DNA of 31,578 nt from Oopsacas minuta (Eukaryota > Animalia > Porifera): positions 639,334-670,911 of the forward strand of contig JAKMXF010000177.1 in the NCBI GenBank assembly GCA_024704765.1, written 5' to 3'. Positions within the stretch are counted from its first letter, which is position 1. Every line of letters begins with the position of its first letter. Shown piece after piece: positions 21,769 through 31,578 of this stretch. The notes beneath the pieces were generated by a model. The model did no database searches. It was not told where the DNA came from and saw nothing but the letters and a program-made list of their open reading frames with translations. The position numbers were made by a program, and so were the translations under genes.

Positions 21769-22762
21769 TTGGAAGTGCTCATAGCGATTCTTATTCCTTT
21801 TCAAAATAGAGAAGTTATACTCGGTCTCCAACAAATTTTGCATGGACTAAATGATACTTTTGTAACCCTTTCCACGCCAAGTCTCATAGCTGGATACAGA
21901 TTCAATTTGACTACTCAATGTTTAAAGGTGGCATTGATAAATTGGGGAGATTTTCAAGAATGTGGAGGAATACTAACGTGGACAGGAGAAGATGATATCA
22001 CATTCATTGATAATGTAGAAATACAGGAGAAGTTGTCAGATTTCCACAATTATTGCCACGGTAGGCAACAACAAACTGACATCTTACATAGAGAAGTTAG
22101 AAAGAATGCAATTGAATTGCAAAATGCAATAGTTGATCTGGATAATATCATTCCAGACATGCCAATGGCCATGGATAGCTCTATCTTTTTATCTGAGAAT
22201 GACTCACAAGAAGGAAACATTAACTCTTCAATTGACAATTCCTCCGAAGCAATTGGTGTAACAACTATAAATAATTCTGTACTTGCTGAAAACTCAGATT
22301 ATAAACTAATAAAATCATCGAAAGGCCGGGACTAATTGTCATACAGTGGCTATTTTCAATTTCCAACGTGAATCAAATGGTAAACAACAATGGAGTGTAT
22401 ATATATTTTCAAGACACCTATGTTGAAAAAAAGATTAACACGGTCTTTATCATCCACCATTACTTCCAATTCCAATGTGGAACAATTACCATCTGGTGGC
22501 AAATGGAATACCTACTACAACAAATTCATTTGAAGCTTGGCATCGTGCCTTCTCATCAACGGTTGCATCTCACCATCCTACCTTTTGGAAGTTTTATGAA
22601 TCGCTAAAAATAGAACAATCAAGCGTGGAACTTAAACAAGCACACCGACCAAGTATAAAATCACTGGAAAGGGAATTCACATTAGTTGGATTAGTAATGA
22701 GCTATCACACGAGGCTTATCCATACCTACCTTAAAAGTATTACTTTTGAGGTGTCCCTTTAA
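21769..22762 (+). mobile_element. FLYWCH-MULE (Mutator-like) transposase remnant with a large internal deletion
   Basis: YKLIKSSKGRD*LSYSGY (FLYWCH start) jumps to YFQDTYV..PIPMWN..PTTTNSFEAWHRAF..HHPTFWKFYESLKIEQ (MULE C-terminal motif). Confidence 0.75.
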
Positions 22763-23605
22763 TTATCAAATCTTTTTCAGTATTGTTAGCATCTCCATTT
22801 TTTAGAATTAGCATTACCGTCATTATTATTTCTGTAGTATAGGTATTAGGTATTGATCCTTACTACCATATTTAAATAAATGACTTATCATGTTGATTTG
22901 TTACAGTTTATCAAGTATTACTGATACAGTAGAACAGTGCTTCTCAATCAGGGGGATATCCCCCATTGGGGGGGGATGGCAATACCGAAGAGGGGATATA
23001 TATTTGGAGAGAACCATCTATACCTGGGGTGTGCGTAAATAATTTAGTCAGAGGAGGCTCCTCGCTATCGCTACTTATTTTACATCTTTGTATTCAATTC
23101 CTCGCTCTTTTAAAAACCCATTTGCATTATACATCGATAAAGTTAGTACTCAGATACAATTATTGTTAATACTTTGTAAGCGCTACAATATAAGGGTTCG
23201 AAAAGATGGGATGTATCTGGCAAATATAATTTGCTTTTGTATGACAATTCATCAATTAGAATTAACAGTATATAGATGTATATTTGCTTTATTTTTCAAT
23301 TATCCGATATCAATTTTATCATTATCATTATAGTCCAGGATTTTGGTGAAAATCATCTGGTCATCCTATTAATTATATAATTCTAAATAAGCTAATATTA
23401 CTTCAATTCATGAATAGTTTCAATTTCATCACATAGGTATTGATATATATTCTAGAGTATAATCATCCCCAGTATATTGTGTATTTATAGTATCATATCT
23501 ATTGTAACATTCTGGCGGTGAATCCGCTCAATACCTATAATAGGTATAATCAAATGTTTTACTATAAATATCATGCAACTCATAGTAGACTATATTTCTT
23601 ATATA

Positions 23606-26600
23606 ATGTTTCCATCTTCTGGATATTTCAGAGCTCTGCCTTGTCCTTATTTTCCCCAAGAGGAGTGTTATAGACCACACTGTCAATTCAAGCACTCCAA
23701 ACCTAAGATCCCAATCCGAACTGGTACATTTCCCCGCGAGAACCTCACAAAGAAACTACCTCACTTTCTACAACGAAACACAACAGAACCAAAACATTCT
23801 CCAACCAGTAGTTCGACTGAAATTCTCCCAGACATATTCAACCACACTGAACCTACACAGTCAGTATGTGCTCCAGATTTTACGTCAGTAGTTAATCCTG
23901 TCAGCTCCTCCTCCAGTCCTCCCGCCCCCAGATACAGCCCCTTACCCGAGAGCCCCCCCAACTCTGACCCTACCTCAACCCTGCTTACTCAAGATGACAA
24001 CACATCTCCTGAGATAGGAGAGGCATGCGAGGAGACTTTTATTTTCACTTCAGCTCCGACCTCTACTGACGATTCGAAATCTAACGAAAGTGAATCCACT
24101 ATCGAGTCTAATATAGAAACGGATCTGTTAGGTTCCGCTAGTAATCCATCAGATTCAGAAATATCAAATGCAACATGTTCTGTATATGCTAATGATACTA
24201 CTCCAGACGAGGGGACTTCCTTATTCTTACAGCCTGACATTATCGCGAAATTACAGGCTCCCTTAGCGCCTCTGAAGCGTCGCGCGGAATCTAGCACCTC
24301 TGAGACTTCTCAGTCTGACACTTCTCCTATAATCAAAAGGAAGAGAATGATGTTGACAGCTGAAAAACGGCCCAACGTATTAGTAATGTCCAAAACGATA
24401 CCAAAATTATCGACAAATTCTATATTGATTGACAGAGATTCTATCTACATGCCGAAAAGCTCTAGGCTAGGTTCTAATGTCATATCCAAAGTAACGACCT
24501 CAACCAAGCCATCTCTCCCCATGACTATGGACAGTAAGGTTCCTGTTAAGATGAGACAGAAATTCCTTGATAAAGTATTCTCAGAATACGTCAAAGTCCT
24601 ACCAGAGAATGACGCACATTCAAAAGTAAATTACCCAAATTTATTTTGGTGTATTTTCGTTAATTTGTTAGCTACTGCTAATTCAATTCATTTTATCCAT
24701 AGCGACAGACACTCGCACGAATTGCATAGTTTGTTATTCAACGAATTGGAAACCTACCATATACCACGTGTTAACACTGCATTTGTAAATCCGTTAGTGA
24801 CTATACCGAAACAAATTTACTGTGTACCATAGCATGTAGTATGTAGGAATAGCTTGACTGTGTTGCATACATACTTGCGCAATTACTTTCATTCAAACCT
24901 TAATCATTGTGAGATACTATATACTATAGCGGTATCATAGCAACGTATTTATTGATCTACTTCGTGATGGTAGTATCAATAAAGAAGTATTAACCACTAG
25001 AATATTAACATCTGACCTCGATACGAACCGTTTATGACATGCACAATTCAGCACTATTTCTAAGATCACATCCATTAATGCGGCTTAATGATGATAAAGA
25101 GATAAACACTGATCTTTTTTGGTGTAAGTTTTCACGGAAGTCTACATACGCACATGACGAATAGTTTTAATCAGCAATATCGACACGAAATTTGTATATA
25201 TCTGGTCATGCCAATTATTTTACATTTTTATGCGATCGATACTACTTTAACATGAAAGTTAAAATTCATCTTACTTTTTCTAATTGCCTCATTTTGGAAA
25301 ACTAATTCTTAAACAATTTATTATTTATTTGACTGCCAGTTGAGGTTAAATTCTCTCAGATTACGATTTCTTAATATACAGTCGATTCTCTCTAGTTGTT
25401 CACATGTTTATACTTAAATCTCGTAATCGTTATTCACTTGGAATTCTCTAATTGTCAAGGGTTCTCTAATTGTCCGCTTCGGCCCATTTCCCACTAGTGA
25501 ATAATTCGAGAGGATCCACTGTACTTGACTCTAATGAATGCTGCAATACTGGTGCCACTACGTCATAATTTTGTTATAGGTGTGATATTTCTTCCAAGAC
25601 TCGAAAATTGCCCGAGCCAGGGCTAAAATATCCCTGTATGACAAAAAAATTGTTCATACAGTTACATTGTCTCCATTCAATCCCGAACGCACAACATGTA
25701 TATATTTATCAATACATCCAAAAGTATTATGTGATTGTTACGATATTTTGTGGTTAAGCTCGAAATTGTTAATAAATATTCGTGCTACTTACTAGATATG
25801 ACTTTAGTATTTGAACTTGACATTAAGTACTTAGTGAACTTTCTATTAACGATTGGAAACTCCTGATTTCATCAACATTCTTCAAATTCATATTTATTTT
25901 ATTTTGGAGCCTGTAATTTGCAAATCAGAAAGATTTCTAAATTTGGCCAGAAGAATTTCATTTTTCATGTATTTATTCCAATTAAAGTATAGAATATTTA
26001 GGATTACGTATCATTTTTTGTAAAATATTTTGTTTTTCAAACACAATTTGATCAGTTCTCTATATGTAGGCAAAAGGTGATGAAAAGAAGATTTATGACC
26101 GTACAACAAACAAACAGACTTACACCGGCATCTGTTTAAACACGTTGAAGAAGATACGAATAAGAGTTAACAGAGCTCTAGGAAACAACAAACCGAATAA
26201 GTTAGACGATTCTAAATCTGTAAGCAAGAACGATACTACGAATTTGGACGTCGAAGCTACTACACCTGACTCAACAACTGCAGTTATTTGTAATTCTAAT
26301 ATTATTAAATCCAAAGATTCGTTAACCTCTCTAGGTGCAGTTTCCACAGACAATACACCTACAACTCCATTTGGTGATAATAGCGTATTGTTAAAATCAT
26401 TTGACAGTTTAGCAGAGCGATTAAATATACCAGATAATTGTAATAAATCACAGAATAATGAATTTTATATTTTGCTTGAGAAATATTTGCTCACTGAAGA
26501 GCAATTGATTGAGAATGCTTACCCAATGAAGACCTCAATACAAGGAGTAGCAGAGATCAAGGTTACGCCCTCCTCAACTGAACCCCACGATATTAACCCC

Positions 26601-27377
26601 AAAGCTAAGAGACATTGTTGTGCGCGTTGTGGTAAAAACTTTATAATAATGAATAATGGTAGTTACATGCGTGCTGAGGAATGCTGGTATCATCACGGTA
26701 AGGCTTACAACCAGAAAGTAGGTGGAGAATGGATTGCAGTGTTCAGTTGCTGTCAGAGTTCTTCATTCAATGGATGTCAGGTTGCCGACAAGCATGTAAC
26801 GAGTGGAGAAAAGCCTGCAAAACGAACCGGTTACACTCTCCTACAGAAACCTACTGAAGGGAAAGAGAAGAGAATTTTCGCTTTAGACTGCGAGATGGTT
26901 TACACAAGCATTGGACTTGAATTGGCGCGTGTCTCTATCATAGACTACAACCATAACACTGTTTATGACAGCTATGTTAAGCCATACAATCAGGTGATTG
27001 ATTACAACACTAGATTTAGTGGTATTACAGTGCCAAAACTAACTGGGATTCTACCAAACTTGAAACAAGTTCAAAGAGATTTGAAACAAATCATGTTCAA
27101 TGACTCTATTCTAATCGGGCACAGTTTAGAAAGTGACTTAAAAGCACTGAAGATAATACATAACAGAGTGGTTGACACTGCTATAGTATTCCCGCATAGA
27201 AAAGGGGGACTATTCAAGAGAGCATTGTCTACATTAACCCGTGAGTATTTAGAGAAGATTATACAAGACGATGAAGGAGGTCATGACAGTGTAGAAGATG
27301 CCATAGCTTGTATTGAGTTGATGGAATTACAAATTTCACAAGATAGAGAGAAATTACAGAAACAGAAGAAATTTTGA
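23606..27377 (+). CDS. REXO1: RNA exonuclease 1 homolog (DEDDh); two exons, 23606-24625 and 26070-27377, ~775 aa
   Basis: N-terminal MFPSSGYFRALPCPY..CYRPHCQFKH. KVPVKMRQKFL..SK|AKGDEKKIYDR..Y..ICLNTLKKIR is restored by a phase-0 GT..AG intron at 24626-26069. CARCGK..CWYHHG motif; ExoI ALDCEM, ExoII IGHSLESDL, ExoIII GHDSVEDA. Confidence 0.93.
25379..25521. mobile_element. 143-bp pogo/Tigger-like MITE in the REXO1 intron
   Basis: TA|cagtcgattctctctagttgtt ... aataattcgagaggatccactg|TA; imperfect 22-bp TIR. Confidence 0.7.
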
Positions 27378-27730
27378 GAATGGTAAGAGAAATTCGAAAG
27401 AAGAAATGCAAACAAATTAACCTTGAAGCAAAAGGCTATGGATTTATCAATAATAATAAATTATCTAGAAATAACACATTTGAAGAAATATAATTATTTC
27501 AGTATATCTCTGAACATTATTAAGCTTGTACGTAGATTGCATTAGATTTGAATTAAATATTGCAAACTATTCGTTTAGTATTTATGGCCATTGCTTAGTA
27601 GAAAGGACACTCACTCTATTCTTCTCTTCACCTAGTTTGTTTTGGTTAATTTAATCATTATCCATCGGATAATACTCCTGTATGACAGACAGTTTAACTA
27701 CTTCCATTAACAGAACCCATGGGTTTTGGT

Positions 27731-28114
27731 CAGGGTTTCTTCCAGCTTTTATATGTAGCGCGCCTAAACGGGTTCTCGATTTCACTTACACGCCTAGAGT
27801 ATTTGAATTTCGAAGCATCAAACTTAAATTTTGAGCGAACCATACATCCGTTACATATAATATGGTTAATACTACATTCCAGAGGTGTCATCTAGAATCT
27901 TTCACTATAAATAATTAACTATTGAAGTAACATTGTATATTTATCTTTATTCAGTGTCTCTCTGTCCTTATGATTGTTACGTAACCCATTACATTATTCG
28001 TCGGAATTAGGTGTATACATCGCGCCTAACTCTCAAAATTTCTTGCTCCTAACTATAGAAATTTTTTGTAAATACGTGCCTGTAGGCGCGCGTGGGCTCC
28101 TGGATGAAAGCCTG
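27731..28114. mobile_element. 384-bp hAT MITE with an 8-bp TSD
   Basis: gttttggt|cagggtttcttccag ... ctggatgaaagcctg|gttctggt (TIR 13/15, TSD 7/8); subterminal cgcgccta/taggcgcg motifs. Confidence 0.75.
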
Positions 28115-28202
28115 GTTCTGGTAGTGTTTGCAATCCCGAGATTCAGGATTGAATATTGCACATTAGATTATATGCTTACGCTAGTACAAATGAAATCAAT
28201 TT

Positions 28203-28439
28203 CCAAAAGTATCGGAACACCCTGCCACAATTGACACCTCGTACAAAATGCATACCACCTTAGTTTATAGGCTAAAGATGATTGGTAACTGAACATAAAT
28301 ACATATATCATAAACAACAAATAATTAGCTATTGTTTTACTGTCTACTATATCCATAGAATCTTACAAAGTATCCTCGCCATGTTTTTGCTACTTGTGCT
28401 GAAAGGATACAGTGTCCCAATACTTTTGGTCTGGTAGTG
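28203..28439. mobile_element. Degenerate Tc1-like non-autonomous element
   Basis: ccaaaagtatcggaacac (28203-20) is inverted to gtgtcccaatacttttgg (28412-29), 16/18. The right end ..ctggtagtg|TA is Tc1-like; the outer left end is not matched. Confidence 0.45.
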
Positions 28440-28659
28440 TATAGCAAAAATGAGTAAAACTAATCTTCGAGAGCCAAATTTCTCACTGATTAATTCTTGT
28501 TTTCCTCAGAGTTTTTCTATTTTTGAATTGATTCCATCGCTAAGAAAGATTGTATTACTTTAATCAGAATAAATATTTAAATAACTAAAATATCGAAATC
28601 ACAATTGTTTAATAGAATTGTTCTAACCAGCAACCTAAAGTGGTATATAGACGGTAGTC

Positions 28660-29322
28660 TGAATATATCTCATAAAGTTAGCTCTACTTCTGGGGTATAT
28701 CCTCTGATATAGGAATCTCTGCCTGGTACACCTAAAATGAACCAATAAATAGCTAAATCATTAGTTTACTGTAGGACTTATTTTTACGAATCTTTTTACT
28801 TTTTACTACTTCGATGACACTGTCCAACAAATTTTTAGCATTTTTGCTTCTGGAATACACTGTAGTGTTTCTCATGTATTCAAGCACCCTGATTCCAAAT
28901 ATCCAATCAGTTTTTCTCTATCAGGCAGAGATTTTGTAAAATTCNNNNNNNNNNNNNNNNNNNNNNNNNNNNNNNNNNNNNNNNNNNNNNNNNNNNNNNN
29001 NNNNNNNNNNNNNNNNNNNNNNNACACTATATGTAGTTACACCATCAATACCATTATCTGCATCAGTAGCTTCTACAAGCCCTATCATTGTGTTACCAGG
29101 TGAATTCTCTTCGAAAGTAAATGTGTAGTTATTTTGTTGGAATTGAGGTTCATATTCATTGATACCAGTTATAGAAATGAAGCAGGTTAGTACTTCAGAG
29201 GTTAGACTTGGGAAACCTTTATCTTTCGCACTTAGGTATATAATATGAGATTCTACAGACACGAAATATTGTGGCTTCCTCTGTGAGTGGGATAGTAGAG
29301 CAAGGCAATCCCGCTATATAGT
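28660..29322 (-). pseudogene. Cadherin-repeat fragment spanning the N gap (copy 2 of the composite unit)
   Basis: 29024-29322 is about 97% identical to 2871-3170. Beyond the gap are TKSLPDREKTDWIFGIRV and, after an apparent intron, VYQAEIPISEDIP, both cadherin-like. Confidence 0.7.
28945..29023. other. Assembly gap (79 N)
   Basis: Run of N. Confidence 1.
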
Positions 29323-30690
29323 TAAGGAGTGGCCTCTACGACAAAACTGGGTCTGATGAAAACATTGTAAAGGCGATAGTAAAATACAATAAAGAAAGAG
29401 AAGGTTTCAAATACAGTGGAAGCCGCTTAATCGGGACTCCGATAATCGGGATATCCGCTTAAACGGGACAATGGTTTGGGAACAGATTTTTTACATAGAA
29501 AAATCGTCGGATAATTGGGACTTCGAATCGGTTATTCAGGATTTCTTATTCCGATTAACCAGATATTAATTGTATTCGCTTAATTGGGATTTCTATTCCA
29601 ATTTAACGATTGTATATTTATCCAGAATTATTGTAAAGTGGTTTGTTGCAAAACTATGAATTTGAATATTATCTACAACCATAACAATACAACACAGATG
29701 CGATTACCATTTACTAACCTAAGATAGTTAACATTGCTCTCTCGCCTCAGGTTCCATTGGCTCTTCCACCGTGTATAATTCCCTCAATAATGACCACATT
29801 GTTGGATATCTAAACGTTTTGCATGGATTGCGGTAATAAACACATGCATAATTATTTAAACTATATTTTCTTACTTTTTAAGTATATATCGTAACGCATT
29901 TTATGACCTCATGAAGCGGAATTATACCCATACTACAACCAAATCTCTACTAAACCTAGATGAATCAGGATTAGTAAGAGAGAAATAGGATACATCTGGT
30001 CATGTGACAATGAAAAACTAGTTTTAAATACTTCAATAATCATAATCGGTTAATCGGGACAAAACATTGACTCCCGAGCTATCCCGATTAAGCGGCTTCC
30101 ACTGTACCTCGAGGACAAATTTCCAAAGGTCAGCGATGCTAAAATCAAGGAAGGGGTATTTACAGGTTCCCAAATAAGAGAACTATCCAAGGATCTAAAC
30201 TTCAAAACATGTCTAAATTCTGTCGGGAAAATTCATTCAAATCTTTAAATGAGAACTTTTAGGAACTGAGAAATCACCAATATATGAAGAAATTGTTGTG
30301 ACACTACTTGATGCATTCAGAACAATGGGGTGTAATATGTCTCTAAAAATACACTTTCTTCACTCACATTTACAATTATTTCCAGAAAATCTAGGTGCTG
30401 TGAATGATGAACATGGTGAAATATATCATCAAGATATAAGCACAATGCAAAGTCGTTGCAATGGAAAATTCTCTCCAAATATGATCACTGATTATTGTTG
30501 GTTACTAAAAGAGATATTCCTGATGCAACATCAAAAGAAAATCACATTCCAAGCATTTCTAAATTAGTAAAATAAATGCAAACCAAATTGAAATTATTAT
30601 TGTAACTAAGTGATAAGTATGCATTTGATTAGCCAAACTAAAGAGATATATTTATAGGAATAATCGGGGGAATGATAAGCCAAAATATTT
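29313..30690 (+). mobile_element. Chapaev3-type transposase C-terminal remnant (copy 2), with an ~80-bp deletion and a MITE insertion
   Basis: Homologous (~90%) to 3161-3920. GCNMSLKIHFLHSHLQLFPENLGAVNDEHGEIYHQDISTMQSR..MITDYCW. The deletion is bounded by cctctac repeats. Confidence 0.78.
29414..30104. mobile_element. 691-bp copy of the 8371 MITE family
   Basis: Perfect 23-bp TIR and TA TSD (29412-13, 30105-06). Paralogous empty site ttcaaaTAcctc at ~3340. Lacks a 54-bp internal segment bounded by aaccgatt repeats. Confidence 0.95.
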
Positions 30691-30755
30691 CACAAAGTTC
30701 TTTAGTACATATGCACAAAAGCAGCAGGCTTAACTGGAGGAGAGAGAATGGGGAT

Positions 30756-31578
30756 TTAATCTTCACCTTTTGAAGGTGCTGTGCGGTGAAGGTCTATAAA
30801 TGTGTCAAAAAACGCAGGTAGTGTTTCTGTAGTCAGTTGGTACTGTACGATAATCCGTGCGGACAGACAAGCTAGTTTTAATGGGTAGTACGATCTTACT
30901 GCTAGATACTGGGGGGAAAGTTCGCTGATACAACATTCTAGAGGTGTTCGATTCGAAGGAGTGGCAGTGTCTATATGTGCCCCAGCTTGTATTAACGCGT
31001 GGACAACAGAATCAGGAACGGTTTCTATTATACACGCTAAATGTAATGCGGTTAAACCGTCCTTATCTGTTGCCCCTAGCAGATCTGGGGCTGCTGCAGA
31101 AATGAATGCGTTCAATGCACTCTCATGTTGAACAACATTCTTTGACTTCATGATAGAATGGAACATAGGCTCATCTTTTGTTAGTGGATGAGATATATAG
31201 CCTGCAGTGCTTCCAATATCAAACGATTCTATAGATGGCAGACTCGACTGTGGTGAGAGATGGAAATTTCTCAAACCAAATATCAAGAAAAGCTAATATC
31301 TGATTCAAACACTTACGATATGAAACGTTCGTATTAGCTTCTATCCCTTGCACCAAAACAGCATATCTTGTGTAAATACATGAGCACGTTAAATTCAATG
31401 ATTGATGTTTGTGTCACCATCCAACTTTTCTTTACCACAGCTTGTAATAGCTGATGCAATAACTCACAGCATCTCAGATAATTCAGAGAACCTTCACTAT
31501 ACAAATGATTGGTCAATCTCATCTTAAGATCACTAGATGTCTTGTACAATGGCCCGAAAACTCTTTCACTTATTAGTA
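30756..31578 (-). pseudogene. FEM1: Fem-1-like middle plus C-terminal fragment; runs off the window end
   Basis: Near-identical to 6850-7450 except for a 77-bp deletion at ~31378. C-terminus ATDKDGLTALHLAC..YPLKLACLSARII..PSKGED*. Frameshifted. Confidence 0.8.

Noticed and set aside
22935-23020. cagtgcttctcaa.. as the end of a hAT-Charlie MITE
   Set aside because: Only one convincing end. The candidate partner (gagaaccatct) is poor and there is no TSD.
689-24297. Short antisense or overlapping ORFs (e.g. 689, 1352, 1666, 9232, 13025, 13200, 16304, 22050, 23761, 23989)
   Set aside because: They are shadows of real or formerly real coding sequence on the opposite strand or another frame, with no recognisable motifs.
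23573-27377. ORFs 23573-24832 and 26145-27377 as two separate genes
   Set aside because: A GT..AG intron (24626-26069) joins them in frame and restores the conserved REXO1 EloA-BP1 region. The tail of the first ORF is intron read-through.

Overview
AT-rich eukaryotic genomic DNA from an animal. Compact, mostly intronless genes and a stand-alone 'MAT..' NHL protein suggest a sponge such as a hexactinellid; this is inference only. Four genes look intact: an AidB/acdh-11-type acyl-CoA dehydrogenase, LRRC34, an NHL beta-propeller protein and a two-exon REXO1. Both ends of the window (1-10.7 kb and 28.6-31.6 kb) are a scrambled mosaic of disabled fragments from three gene families: Fem-1-like ankyrin proteins, a multi-cadherin protein, and a Cys-rich EGF-HRM-(GAIN) adhesion-GPCR-like protein. 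Chapaev3-type transposase pieces are spliced in among them. One composite unit (cadherin|Chapaev|Fem-1) occurs twice about 26 kb apart. The Fem-1 copies form nested inverted repeats, one about 98% identical over about 550 bp, and switch paralog type at sharp points. The window is dense in DNA-transposon relics: TA-TSD pogo/Tc1-like MITEs (one with a matching empty site), hAT-like MITEs with 8-bp and 5-bp TSDs, and hAT and FLYWCH-MULE transposase remnants. No tRNA, rRNA or CRISPR array was seen. All identities are by-eye estimates, and assembly artefact remains a live alternative for parts of the mosaic.
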